Origin: an uncultured Acidobacteriota bacterium
GTDB taxonomy: Bacteria; Acidobacteriota; Polarisedimenticolia; J045
Assembly: GCA_963702425.1 (NCBI GenBank)
Contig: CAVPCQ010000037.1
Span: 32,001 to 96,000, forward strand
Direction of reading: 5' to 3'
Length of the DNA stretch: 64,000 nt
Made by a program: the position numbers and the translations under genes. Positions 1 through 10,644 of the stretch are shown here, piece after piece (position 1 is the first letter of the stretch; each line of letters begins with the position of its first letter). The notes below the pieces were generated by a model. That model was given only the letters and a program-made list of their open reading frames with translations, ran no database searches and was not told the DNA's origin.

Positions 1-1653
1 GCCCTCGCGGCGACCGGTGTCGAACGGGAGGTCGCGGTCCTCAAGGGGCGGGAGAACTACCTCTGTCGCAAGCGCCTCGAGGAGCTGGAGACCGAGCCGC
101 GGCTCGACCTCGCGGCCGAATTGCCGCTCTGGCCGAGGCTCGTCGACTGGGCGCGCGCCACCGGGAGCGGCGATCGCGCCGAGATCGGGGACCTGCCCGA
201 CGCCTCGCCGCTCTGGTCGCGCGTCGACGGCCGGGCCGAGATCTGCACCGGCACGAAGTGCCCGCACTTCGACGGCTGCTTCGTCTACCGCGCCCGGCGC
301 GTCGCCGCCCGCGCCCATGCGGTCGTCGTCAACCATCACCTGCTGTTCGCCGACCTCGCGCTGCGCCGCGCCGAGCGCGGCGGGGTGCTGTCTGAAGCGC
401 CGCTGGTGGTGCTCGACGAGGCGCACCTGGTCGAGGAGGCGGCGGCCGCGCACTTCGGCACCCGGCTGACGGCGCGGATGGCGGCCGACCTGGCACGCGA
501 CGCGTGTCGCGAGCTGGAGCGTTCGGACGGACGCGCGGAGACCGCGGCGCTGCTCGAGCGCGCGGCGCGCGAGTTCTTCCGCGCCGCCCGCCCGCCGGGG
601 AGCGGCCGCGGGCGGGTCGGGCTCGATCCCGAGCGGGCGCGCGGCGACCTGCGGCTGCTCGCCGACGCCCTGCTCGACGCGCTGGAGGCGGTGCGCGCGG
701 CGCTCGAAGGGCCGGGGGAACGGGCCGAGGAGCGGACCCTCGTCGCCGGCCGCACGCTGGCCCAGCAGCGCGCGCTCGACGACCTGCTCGACGCGCGCCG
801 GCCGGGCGAGGTCGTGACGGTCGAGCCGCAGGGGAAGGACGGCGCGCTGCTCGCGTCGTGGCCGGTCGAGGTCGCGCCGCTGCTCGAGGAGGTCCTCGGG
901 CACGGCTTCTCCAGCGTCGTCGCGACCTCGGCGACGCTCGCAGTGGCGGGCGCGCTGGACCGCGCCCGCGATCGCCTCGGGCTCCCCGACGCGGACGGGC
1001 TGATCGTCGCCTCTCCCTTCCGCGCCCGCGAGCAGGCCGCGCTCTACGTGCCGCGCGACGACTTTCCCGTCCCCGACGACCCGCGCTTTCCCGAGCGCTC
1101 GCTGCGCGAGATCGAGGAGCTGGTCCGGATCTCCCGCGGCCGCGCGCTGGTGCTGTTCGCCTCGCACCGCGCGCTCCAGCGCGCCGCCGAGCGGCTGTCG
1201 AAGACGCTCGACTACCCGGTCCTGGTCCAGGGCGAGGCGCCGCGCGAGCGGCTGATCGAGCGCTTCCGCGACGAGGTGCACTCGGTGCTGCTCGGGACCG
1301 CCTCCTTCCGGCAGGGGATCGACGTGCCGGGCGAGGCGCTCTCGCTGGTCGTCGTCGACAAGCTCCCGTTCGCGGTCCCCGACGACCCGGTGGTCGCGGC
1401 GCGCGCCGCCGCGATCCGCGAGCGGGGCGGCGATCCGTTCGCGGAGGAGCAGCTCCCGGAAGCGATCCTCTCGCTGCGCCAGGCGCTCGGCCGGCTGATC
1501 CGGTCGCGCCGCGACCGCGGCCTGCTGGCGCTGCTCGACGTCCGGGTTCGCACGCGGCGCTACGGGCGTGCCGTGCTGGCCTCGCTACCGCCCTGGACCC
1601 TGCTCGACGACCTCGACCAGGCCCGCACCTGGTTCCGCGTTGTCGACGGCTGA
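1..1653 (+). CDS. DinG/YoaA-family ATP-dependent DNA helicase (5'-truncated by window edge)
   Basis: Frame open from base 1 (VLKGRENYLC); motifs VVVNHHLL, LDEAH, SATL, GIDVPG, DKLPF, QALGRLIRS. Confidence 0.92.
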   Translation, partial: ALAATGVEREVAVLKGRENYLCRKRLEELETEPRLDLAAELPLWPRLVDWARATGSGDRAEIGDLPDASPLWSRVDGRAEICTGTKCPHFDGCFVYRARRVAARAHAVVVNHHLLFADLALRRAERGGVLSEAPLVVLDEAHLVEEAAAAHFGTRLTARMAADLARDACRELERSDGRAETAALLERAAREFFRAARPPGSGRGRVGLDPERARGDLRLLADALLDALEAVRAALEGPGERAEERTLVAGRTLAQQRALDDLLDARRPGEVVTVEPQGKDGALLASWPVEVAPLLEEVLGHGFSSVVATSATLAVAGALDRARDRLGLPDADGLIVASPFRAREQAALYVPRDDFPVPDDPRFPERSLREIEELVRISRGRALVLFASHRALQRAAERLSKTLDYPVLVQGEAPRERLIERFRDEVHSVLLGTASFRQGIDVPGEALSLVVVDKLPFAVPDDPVVAARAAAIRERGGDPFAEEQLPEAILSLRQALGRLIRSRRDRGLLALLDVRVRTRRYGRAVLASLPPWTLLDDLDQARTWFRVVDG

Positions 1654-3179
1654 TCCAGGTGCGGCCTCGGCGGTGCTGCTGCGGCGGCCGAGCGGGCGCA
1701 GCAGCTTCTTGGTGATCGAGACGAAGCGGTCCGCGGCTTCGCGCAGGTCGGGAGCGGAGCTGCGCGGGAAGCCGTAGACTTCCACCCGGACCCCGTCGAG
1801 CTTGAGCTGCCGGACGAGCGGCACGAAATCACCGTCACCGGTGGCAAGCACGGCAATGTCGAGGTGCGGCGCGGTGGCGACCGCGTCCAGCGCCATCTCG
1901 AGGTCCCAGTTCCCCTTCATCGTGCGGTCGGGCCGGATCCGCAGCGGCTTGCGCTTGACCTCCCAGGCCTTCATCTGCAGCAGGTGGATGAAGGCGCTCT
2001 GGTCGGTTTCCCGGGCCTCGACGAGGTAGGCCACGGCGCGCACCAGGCGGCGCCCCTCCGAGACCGTCGCCAGCAGCGCCTCGAAGTCGAGCCGCGCCCC
2101 CTTCTCGCGCGCACCGTAGAACATGTTCTGGACGTCGACGAAGAGCCCCACGCGCGGCGGCCCGTCGGAGCGCCCGCGCGCGGCCGGGGCCACCGCCGGC
2201 GGGGGCGCGAAGGGCAACGACCCCTGGGCCAGCGCGGCGCGCAGCGCCGCGACCTCGCGCAGGATCGCCTCCTGCGAAGCGGCGCCCGCCCGCGCCTCGG
2301 CCTCGTGAAGCACGATCATCTTGTCGAGCAGGTCGGCCTGTGCGAGGGCCCGCTTGCCGATCTCGCCGATCGTCTCGCGCCGCAGGCGGTCGGCGTCGCG
2401 CAGCTTGGCCATGGCGGCGATCGTGCGGCGCTGCTCGGTCGTCAGGCGGCGCAGCGCGGTCGTCACCTCGCCCGTGCGCTCCTGGGCCCGGCGCTCGTTG
2501 AGCTCCTCCACCCGCTTGCCGAGCCGGGCCACCTCGCGCTCGAGCCGCGCCCGCTCCTCGCGCGTGTCCTTCTCCCCGGCGCGCAGCTCCTTCAACTCGT
2601 TCAGGCGCCGGCCGAGCTGCTGCTCGAGCGATTCCGCCTGCTCCTGCGCGCGGGCGAGCTGCGACTCGAGGTGGCGTACGCGCGTTTCGAGCTCGCGCCG
2701 CTCCTGCTCGAGCTCGCGCAGGCCGGCGCGGTCCGACGCGACCTTGGCGACGTATTTCGGCCGGCTGCCCGGCTCCTCGCCGAAGGCGAGCCCGGCCAGG
2801 AGTTCGGCCGCGGCCCGGATCTCCGGCACCGGCAGCGCGGCCCGCGCGGGGCGCGCCAGCCGGTGCAGCAGGCGCGCGGCGTCGATCGCCGGACCCTCGA
2901 GCGCGGCGGCGAGTTCGTCGCGCAGGCGCTTCTCATCGGCGAGGTCCTGCTCGGGGACGTCCCCCCCGCCTCGTCGAGGAGCGCGAGCAGGGCCGTCCCG
3001 CGCCCGGGATCCTCGACCAGCATCTCCCCGACGACGTCGGCCCGGCCGGCGGGCGGGAGGTCTCCCGCGTCGACACCGGTGAGGCCGCGGAACCGCTCGG
3101 TGTCGAGGAGGCCGCCCACGACGAGGCGCACGCCCGGCAAGCCGAGCCGTTCCGAGTAGGTTTCCCAGGTCACCAGCAC
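1585..3179 (-). CDS. Coiled-coil protein with C-terminal NYN (LabA-like PIN-fold) domain; apparent frameshift near 2960
   Basis: FVDVQNMF, KGNWDLEMALD, TGDGDFVPL, ADRF motifs; N-terminal part (GTG 3179, LVTWETYSERLG) is in another frame and joins at the C7 run near 2961-2967. Confidence 0.75.
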
Positions 3180-3342
3180 GTCGTGCCTCGCGAGGGTTCG
3201 AAACCTGTCGGATGATACCACGCTAGGTCCGCGCCCGGGGCAGCCTGCAAATCTTAAGTACTTGATGTGTAAGACTTTGCAAGGGGTCCCATGCTTCGGT
3301 GTATCCTTCCGGGCCTTGCTCGACGAGGGAAGGGGCCGCTGC

Positions 3343-3717
3343 GTGACGATTGCCGGGGTCGGCGTCGACCTGGTCGAACTCGACCGGATCCGCGGGGCGC
3401 TCGAGCGCCATGGCGAGCGCTTCCTCGACCGGATCCTCACCGCCGGGGAGCGCGAGTACTGCTACCGCCGGCGCGACCCCGTGCCGCACATCGCGGCCCG
3501 CTTCGCGGCCAAGGAAGCGGTCGTCAAGGCGCTCGGCACCGGCTTCGCGCACGGCATCCGCTGGATCGACGTCGAGGTCGAGCGCGACGAGGTCGGGCCG
3601 CCGCGGATCGTGCTCCACGGCGCCGCGCTCCAGATCGCCGGCGCGGGGGCGCGGGTCCACCTCTCGCTGACGCATGACAAGGGCGCCGCGGTCGCGGTCG
3701 CCGTGCTCGAGAGCTGA
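3343..3717 (+). CDS. acpS: Holo-[acyl-carrier-protein] synthase
   Basis: GVGVDLVE, ARFAAKEAVVKALGTG, HLSLTHD; GTG start at 3343. Confidence 0.95.
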   Translation: MTIAGVGVDLVELDRIRGALERHGERFLDRILTAGEREYCYRRRDPVPHIAARFAAKEAVVKALGTGFAHGIRWIDVEVERDEVGPPRIVLHGAALQIAGAGARVHLSLTHDKGAAVAVAVLES

Positions 3718-3718
3718 C

Positions 3719-6364
3719 GTGCCCTCGCTCGGCGATGCCGGGACGGGTCTGCGCGACCTCCTGCGACGCGGCCTCCAGGGGATCGCCTCGTTCTCCGTCT
3801 TCCATCCGAAGAGCGTGCTGCTGGTCGTCGCGATCGTCACCGGGCTCGCGATCTGGCAGGCTTCGATGCTGCGGATCTCGACCGACGTCGAGTCGCTGCT
3901 GCCCCGAAACGTCGAGTCTGCCCAGCGGATCAAGACGCTGCTCAAGAGCTTCGGCGGCAGCGAGCCGGTGCTCGTCGCGATCTCGGGGAACGGCAGCGAG
4001 GACCTCGAGGATCGGATCGACCTCGCGCTCGCGATCCGCGAGCGGCTCACCGACCACCCCGACCTGCACACCGTCACCGGGCTGTTCGGCGAGGACCCGT
4101 GGGCGCTGCTCGAGGGGCCGCAGGCGACCGCGCTGCTGCTCTACCTGACCCCCGCGGAGATCGCCACAGTGGCCGAGCGGTTGACGCCGGACGCGATCGA
4201 CCGCCGGGTCGCGGAGAACCGCGAGGCCCTGCGCTCCCCGCTCGGCCCGCTGACCGCGCGCCTCTATGCCGAGGATCCGCTCGGCTTCGCGGGGCTGGCG
4301 CTGAAGCAGATCGGCGCGCTGAAGGGGGGCCTCCGGATCGCGTCGCGCGAGGGGATCCTCGTCACCGAGGACGACGCCTACGCGCTGCTCCTGCTGCGGC
4401 CGAAGGTCAACACGAACGACATCGAGACCGCCCGGCGCGTGCTCGGGGCGGTCGAGGCCGCGTCGCGCGACGCGCTCGAGCAGGCCGAGATCACCGGGAC
4501 GGTCGGGATCGGGCCACCGGCGGAGGGGACCCCCGCGGGGCAGATCCATGTCGGACTGGCCGGGTCGCCCGCGATCCTGGTCGGCTTCCGGAGCAGCCTG
4601 GCGGGCGACCTGCAGCTGGTGTCGCTCACCTCGTACTTCGCACAGCTCGCGCTCTTCGCGCTCGCGTTCCGCCGCGTCGGCGGGCTGCTGGTCGCCGGGA
4701 GCTCCCTGCTCGTCGGCGCGATCTGGGCGCTCGGGTTCGCGGGGGTGGCGATCGGCGAGATCAACATCTTCACGGTCGGCTCGATCGGCATCCTGTGCGG
4801 GCTGACCGTCGATTTCACGGTTCACCTCTACAATCGCTACCTGGAGGAGGTGCACGCCGGCCAGGACATGGCCAAGGCCTTCTCGATCTCGCACGGCGAG
4901 ACCGGGATCGGGATCCTGGCCTCGGTCGGCGTGATGGTCTGGGCCTTCTTCGCCGCCGGGCTCTCCGAGTTTCGCGGCCTGCGGGACCTCGGGCTGATCT
5001 GCGGCGCGGGCCTCGCCCTCTCGCTGCTCGCGTCGCTCTTCATGGTGCCGGCGCTGACCGCGCTCTGGGTCCGGCACTATCCGCGGCCCGACACGCCGCG
5101 CGGCCTGGCCGGGTTCGGGCTCGAGCCGGTGCTGACCGGCGTGGTGCGGCATCCGTGGCTGACGATTGCGCTGGGGCTGGTCCTGACGCTCGCGCTCGTC
5201 TTCCCGGCAGCCGCGGTTCACCTCGACGAGGACTTCTCGCGCTTCCGGCCGCAGAGCAACCCGGCGATCAAGCTGCAGAACGAGATCGCCGCCCGCACCG
5301 GGACCTCGCTGCAGGCCGTGCTCGCGCTGGTGCCCGGCGCCTCGGACGCCGAGATCCTCGAGCGCTCGGCGCGGGTCGAGGCCGGGCTGGCCCCGCTGGC
5401 GGTCGGCGAGCGCGCCCCGCTCGCCGCGGTGCTGGGGCCGGCGCGCGTGATCCCCCCGCCATCGGTACAGCAGGCGGCGCTCGACCAGCTCGCCGCGCTG
5501 CGGGGACGGGGGGCGCTCGACCCCGACGCGGTCGTGCGCGAGTTGCTCGCCGCCGAGGAGCGGAACGGCTTCCGGATCGACGAACGCGCGCACCGGGCCG
5601 CCGAGCGGGTGCGCGCGATCCTGTCGCGCGACACGCTCCTGACCGTGACGGAGATGAAGGAGGGGCCGCTCGCCAACCTCCTCGACGATCTGATCATCGA
5701 GGACGATCGCGGCCAGCGGCTCGGGATCGTATCGGCCTACCCGCGGCCAGAGGCGCGGAGCGTCGCACTGATCCCCGCGATGCGCGAAGCGATCGCGGCC
5801 AGCGGCGTGCCGGCGGACCTGGCCGGCGCCCGGGTGCTGTCCCAGGAGATCCGACCGATCATGCTCCGCGACGGGATCATCGCGACCATCGTCTCGGCCG
5901 TCGGCGTGACGATCATCCTGCTGCTGGCGTTCCGTCGCCCCGCCCTGGTGCTGCTGACGATGGTCCCGCTCGTCACCGGCCTGATCGCTTCCGTCGGCCT
6001 GATGTCCCTGTTCGGGATCGACTTCAACCTGGTGACGATCTCGATGCTTCCGCTGATCCTGGGGATCGCGATCGACAACGGGATCCACGTCGTCCACCGC
6101 TATCTCGAGGGGACCGAAGGCGTCTCCCGCGAGGACATGGTCGAGGTCTTCCGCCACACCGGGCGCGGCGTCGTGATGGCCACGTTGACGACGGTCGTCG
6201 GGTTCGGCGCGCTGCTCTTCGCCGACAACCCGAGCCTGATCTCCTCCGGGATCCTCGCGATGCTCGGGACGGCCGCGACGCTCGTCGCGGCGGTCACGAT
6301 CCTCCCGGCGCTGCTGTCGCTCCTGCCCGTTCCGGGGCGCGGCGGGCGGGGGCGGCAGCCGTAG
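3719..6364 (+). CDS. MMPL/RND-family lipid exporter
   Basis: Two repeats of TM plus large loop plus 5 TM; GLTVDFTVH and GIAIDNGIH motifs; starts 1 nt after the acpS stop. Confidence 0.85.
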   Translation: MPSLGDAGTGLRDLLRRGLQGIASFSVFHPKSVLLVVAIVTGLAIWQASMLRISTDVESLLPRNVESAQRIKTLLKSFGGSEPVLVAISGNGSEDLEDRIDLALAIRERLTDHPDLHTVTGLFGEDPWALLEGPQATALLLYLTPAEIATVAERLTPDAIDRRVAENREALRSPLGPLTARLYAEDPLGFAGLALKQIGALKGGLRIASREGILVTEDDAYALLLLRPKVNTNDIETARRVLGAVEAASRDALEQAEITGTVGIGPPAEGTPAGQIHVGLAGSPAILVGFRSSLAGDLQLVSLTSYFAQLALFALAFRRVGGLLVAGSSLLVGAIWALGFAGVAIGEINIFTVGSIGILCGLTVDFTVHLYNRYLEEVHAGQDMAKAFSISHGETGIGILASVGVMVWAFFAAGLSEFRGLRDLGLICGAGLALSLLASLFMVPALTALWVRHYPRPDTPRGLAGFGLEPVLTGVVRHPWLTIALGLVLTLALVFPAAAVHLDEDFSRFRPQSNPAIKLQNEIAARTGTSLQAVLALVPGASDAEILERSARVEAGLAPLAVGERAPLAAVLGPARVIPPPSVQQAALDQLAALRGRGALDPDAVVRELLAAEERNGFRIDERAHRAAERVRAILSRDTLLTVTEMKEGPLANLLDDLIIEDDRGQRLGIVSAYPRPEARSVALIPAMREAIAASGVPADLAGARVLSQEIRPIMLRDGIIATIVSAVGVTIILLLAFRRPALVLLTMVPLVTGLIASVGLMSLFGIDFNLVTISMLPLILGIAIDNGIHVVHRYLEGTEGVSREDMVEVFRHTGRGVVMATLTTVVGFGALLFADNPSLISSGILAMLGTAATLVAAVTILPALLSLLPVPGRGGRGRQP

Positions 6365-6368
6365 GCGC

Positions 6369-9179
6369 CTACTTGTACCCGAACAGCATCGTGTAGATGA
6401 TCGCAGCGATCAGCGTCAGGCCGATCGTCAGCGCCGTGTAGCCGAAGAGCCGGAACCAGCGCTCCGTCTGCTTCGGCATCGGGTCCACCAGCCGTCCCTC
6501 GAGCAGCCCGTTCTCGACCAGCTCGCGGTACTCCGCGGGCTTGTCGAACTTCATCTCCTCGACCGGGACGCGGCCGGTGAAAATGACCGGGTCCATCGGG
6601 AACTTGTCCGGTCGGAAGTGTGTGTTGAAGAAGTGGACGGTGAAGATGAACGCCGTCGCCAGCAGCGCCTCGTCGCTGTGGATGATGGTTGCGACGTTGA
6701 TCGCCCAGCCGGGCAGGATCCGGGTGAAGAGCTCCGGGAACCAGAGGAACAGGCCGGAGCCGCCGATCACGATCATCCCCCAGAAGACCGCGAAGTAGTC
6801 GAACTTCTCCCAGTAGGTGAAGCGCCCGTACTCGGGTCGCGGGCCGAGCCCAAAGAACCACTTGAACGATCCGATCACGTCCTTGAGGTCCTGCGCGTTG
6901 AACATCAGCGAGTCCTTGCCGAAGATGAACCGGATCCAGGACAGGCCCGACCGCCGCTTGCGGCGGCCCACGTCGACCAGGTGGTAGGCGAACAGCGCCA
7001 GCATGGCCGTCGCCGCGAGGCGGTGGAACGCCCCCATCGCCTCCGAGCCGCCCAGGAAGTCGGACACCCGCAGCGCCCAGCCCATGTAGGAGAACTTGAG
7101 CGCCATCCCGGTGATCGCGAGGGTGAAGAACGACAGCACCATGATGATGTGCATCGCGCGCGACTTGGCATCGAAGCGCAGGACCTGCTTCTCGGTCGAG
7201 TCCGCGACCAGCGCCTTGTGGTGCTTCCAGAGCTCGCGCGACCGCCAGAGCCGCCACAGCCAGGCCCCGGTGTGCGCGGCGGCGAAGGTCAGGGTGCCGA
7301 CCAGCAGCGAGGTCATGAACAGGAACGCGTAGTACAGCGCGGGATAGCGTGTGCGGTCGTGGTGCGTGGCGTGCGTCAGGTAGCCGGCGAAGCGGCGGTT
7401 CGAGCCCGGGTGGCACTGCGCGCAGGTCGCGATCACGTTCTCTCGCGACAGCCTGGAGTGCACGTCGGTGGCCTTCAGGATGTCATGCGCCCCGTGGCAG
7501 TCCGAGCACTTCGCGGCGCCGGACCGGCCGAGTTGGGTGACCTTGCCGTGGTAGGTCTGGAAGAAGGTCTCCGCCTCGCTCTCGTGGCAGCGGCCGCACT
7601 GGCTCATCATCTGGAAACGGAAGCCCTGCTTGTCGGTACGGCTGATGTCGTGCGAGGTGTGACAGTCCTCGCAGTTCGGGAGTTCCTTCCCTTCCGGCGC
7701 CTTGCCGGTGCCGTGGATGCTGGCCCGGAAGACGTCGACGATCCCCTGGTGACACTTGGCGCAGGTCTGGGCGACGTTGGCCTTGTTGACCGTCGACTTG
7801 GGGTCGCTCGGCGGCAGCTCCCCGTGCGGGGTGTGGCAGTCGGCACAGGTCGCCGTCACGACCAGGCCGCTCTGCAGGAGGCCCACGCCGTGGGTGCTCA
7901 TCTTGTAGCTCTCGACGATGTCCCGGCCGGACTCGAGCTTGATCCGCTGGGCCGCCTTCTCGCCGGTGCGGTGGCACGAGGCGCAGAGCGTCGGAACGTT
8001 GCGCGGGAAAGTATTCGACTCCGGCCAGCGCCGGCTCTGGGTCGCGTGCCGGTCGTGGCAGTCGAGGCACTTCGGCGCGTCGGGGTCGTTCCTGGCCGCG
8101 AGCTGGCCGTGGATGCTCCCCTGGTAGGTCTCGACGACCGCCGCGTGGCAGACCGAGCAGTTGACCTTGTCCGTCACCGCGTCGCAGGGACGCTCGTGGG
8201 AGGTCTGCACCTGGGAGTGGCACTGGGCGCAGGCGACGCGGCCGTGGGCCCCTTTCTGGTGCTCGGTCTCGTCGACGAACATCGAGACCTTCCGGCCGTC
8301 CCGCTCGGCGACCAGGTCGGGCTTGGCGTGGCAACTCAGGCAGTCCCGGTTGGACATCCCCCGGCCGTCGCTCGGGGCCCGGATCTTGTGCGGCGAATGG
8401 CAGTCGGAGCAGGTCGGGATCTGGTGCGGCGCCTCTTCCCATAGCCGCCCCTCGATGATCTTCTGGTGGACCTCCTCGATCCGCACGTGGCACTTCATGC
8501 AGGTCCCGGCGATGTTCTCGCGCGCGACCGACGAGCGCTTGTCGGTGTGGGGGAGCGCCAGGTGCGCGGAGTGGCAGGAGGTACAGACCGCGGTGACGGT
8601 CAGTCCCTTCTTGTAGAGCCCTTCGCCGTGGATCGACTCGGAGTAATTCTCGAGCACCCGCTCCTGCGGGATGTCGGCGTGGGTGCGCTCGACGGGCGAG
8701 CCCTCGTGGTGGCAGCGGCCGCAGGTCTGAGGGATGTTGACGGTGTTGGTCGGCGAGCGCGGGTTGCTGCGCGGCAGGACATCGTGTCGCCCGTGGCACT
8801 CCTTGCAGGTCGGAGCATACGGGTCGCCCTTCGCCGCCGCCTTGCCGTGGAAGCTGACCACGTGATCGGCCTGCTCCTGGCTGTGGCAGGAGCCGCAGTC
8901 GACGATCGCCGCGTCGGGGTCGCCGCCGGCGTGGGCCATGTCGTCGGCCGCGAGGTCGATGTGGCAGGCGACGCAGTCGAGCCCTTTGTGGACCGACTGA
9001 CCCAGCCGCTTCGCGTCCACGGTGACCTGGATCGACCGCCCCTTGCGGGTGCCGGTCATGCCGGGCTCGGAGTGGCAGGAGAGGCAGGTCTCGTTGTCCT
9101 GTGCCGGGGAGGGGATCGGGCCGGCGGCCAGGGCGAAAACGACGACCAAGCCGAGGCGAAGGACGAAGTTCCTACCCAT
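6369..9179 (-). CDS. Multiheme cytochrome c (19 CxxCH) fused to C-terminal cytochrome b domain, CbcL-like quinol oxidoreductase
   Basis: Signal peptide, 19 CxxCH counted; TM domain with HIIMVLSF, FHRLAA, YWEKFDYFAVFWG, IHSDEALLA. Confidence 0.9.
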   Translation of the reverse strand: MGRNFVLRLGLVVVFALAAGPIPSPAQDNETCLSCHSEPGMTGTRKGRSIQVTVDAKRLGQSVHKGLDCVACHIDLAADDMAHAGGDPDAAIVDCGSCHSQEQADHVVSFHGKAAAKGDPYAPTCKECHGRHDVLPRSNPRSPTNTVNIPQTCGRCHHEGSPVERTHADIPQERVLENYSESIHGEGLYKKGLTVTAVCTSCHSAHLALPHTDKRSSVARENIAGTCMKCHVRIEEVHQKIIEGRLWEEAPHQIPTCSDCHSPHKIRAPSDGRGMSNRDCLSCHAKPDLVAERDGRKVSMFVDETEHQKGAHGRVACAQCHSQVQTSHERPCDAVTDKVNCSVCHAAVVETYQGSIHGQLAARNDPDAPKCLDCHDRHATQSRRWPESNTFPRNVPTLCASCHRTGEKAAQRIKLESGRDIVESYKMSTHGVGLLQSGLVVTATCADCHTPHGELPPSDPKSTVNKANVAQTCAKCHQGIVDVFRASIHGTGKAPEGKELPNCEDCHTSHDISRTDKQGFRFQMMSQCGRCHESEAETFFQTYHGKVTQLGRSGAAKCSDCHGAHDILKATDVHSRLSRENVIATCAQCHPGSNRRFAGYLTHATHHDRTRYPALYYAFLFMTSLLVGTLTFAAAHTGAWLWRLWRSRELWKHHKALVADSTEKQVLRFDAKSRAMHIIMVLSFFTLAITGMALKFSYMGWALRVSDFLGGSEAMGAFHRLAATAMLALFAYHLVDVGRRKRRSGLSWIRFIFGKDSLMFNAQDLKDVIGSFKWFFGLGPRPEYGRFTYWEKFDYFAVFWGMIVIGGSGLFLWFPELFTRILPGWAINVATIIHSDEALLATAFIFTVHFFNTHFRPDKFPMDPVIFTGRVPVEEMKFDKPAEYRELVENGLLEGRLVDPMPKQTERWFRLFGYTALTIGLTLIAAIIYTMLFGYK

Positions 9180-9328
9180 GGACGCCCTCGAGGGTGCGGC
9201 CAGACCGGGACGACTTATCTGCCTGGCAGGCCGGGACAGGGAGATCGTACCCCCCGCTCCCCAAGGAAGTCAACTAATAGGTAAGGCACGGTAAATGGGG
9301 TGGGGCTAACGCGCACTCCCCGGAGGCG

Positions 9329-10501
9329 TTAGCGGGAAGATCCCACCGGAACGGGGCGCGTCCAGACGACCGGTAGCCGGATCAGTCCCCGCCGCACCAG
9401 GCGCCGGAGGACGCGGATCGTCTCGACCTCCCGCATCGGCGCGATCTCGACGATGTCGGACACGCTCCAGTGGCCGTCCAGGCGGGAGAGCAGGAAGAAC
9501 TCCTCGGGCCGCAGCGGCTCGGAGATCAACTCCTCGAGCGGGCGCGGCAGGGAGGGGATCGCGTCGGCCGGGAACTCCTCGGCGTAGACCCGGCCGAGGA
9601 AGATCCCTTCGGCCTCGCGCCGGACCTCCGTCGCCTCGGCGTCCTGGGCCACGGAGACATCGCCCAGCAGGGCCAGCGCGGCCTCCGCGTCGCCGCGTCC
9701 GAGCCGCTCCTTCGCGGCAACGATCCGCGCGGCGCCGGAGAGCCCGGCGAGTTCGGCGTCGGGGGCGTCGCCGGTGACGAGCGGGAGCGGCGGTCCCTCG
9801 AGCGAGATGATCGTGACGAGGTTGGCCCGGAAGGCCTCGTAGAGGAATTTCTTCACCGGGAACGGGGAGGCGTGGAGGCCGAACGCCACCTCGTCCAGCG
9901 TGCGCCGCCCATCGAGGCATTCGAGGATCCGGCGCGCCAGCGGGTGATCGACGATCTCGCGCGGAGCCGAGGCCGGCGTCCGGGCCAGGACCACCCGCCC
10001 GTCCGGAAAGATCTCGCGGATCCGCTGCATTTCGTCATGGCGGTGCACGCCGCGCAGCAACACGTGGTCCACCGGCAGCGAGATCAGCACCACCTTCGGG
10101 CCGGGGCGGGCCCCCGGCTGGAAGAGGAAGTCGGCATCCTCCCACTCGAAGAGCGAGTAGACGATCTCCTCCGTGCGCTCGGCGAGCGCACGCAGGAGGT
10201 CGTCCTTGTTGACGAAGCCCAGCCGCACCAGCACCTGGCCCAGGAACTCGTCGCCTTCGCGCCGCGCCAGCAGCGCCGCCCGCAACTGCTCCTCGTTGAG
10301 CTTGCCGCGCGCGACCAGGACGTGGCCGAGCATCTCGGTCGGCTCGTTGGAGGCCGCGCCGACGATCGTTCCGTCCTGGACGTAGAGCTCCTTGGCCGTC
10401 GTCGCGCGGCGGAAGTCGAACCGTCCGGTCTTCTGCGCGCCAGCGGCCCACTGCAGAAGATCGGCCAGTCCCATGGTCACCAAGGTGCCGGACAGGCTCA
10501 T
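9329..10501 (-). CDS. DUF4388 (PatA-N-like) domain protein
   Basis: LSGTLVTMGLADLLQW..QKTG start, LGHVLV/LGQVLV repeats, LFEWEDADFLF. Confidence 0.75.
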   Translation of the reverse strand: MSLSGTLVTMGLADLLQWAAGAQKTGRFDFRRATTAKELYVQDGTIVGAASNEPTEMLGHVLVARGKLNEEQLRAALLARREGDEFLGQVLVRLGFVNKDDLLRALAERTEEIVYSLFEWEDADFLFQPGARPGPKVVLISLPVDHVLLRGVHRHDEMQRIREIFPDGRVVLARTPASAPREIVDHPLARRILECLDGRRTLDEVAFGLHASPFPVKKFLYEAFRANLVTIISLEGPPLPLVTGDAPDAELAGLSGAARIVAAKERLGRGDAEAALALLGDVSVAQDAEATEVRREAEGIFLGRVYAEEFPADAIPSLPRPLEELISEPLRPEEFFLLSRLDGHWSVSDIVEIAPMREVETIRVLRRLVRRGLIRLPVVWTRPVPVGSSR

Positions 10502-10644
10502 TGGGTGTCTCAGGGCCGAGGGAAGGCCCGCAGGGACAGTAGGCTCCGGCTCCCCCCGGCGGCAAGCCGGGCCGACCGCGCGTCGACTCCCGCCGCCCCG
10601 GGGGCCTATGTTCCCGGCGGGCGCTTCAGGAGACGAAACCGGCC

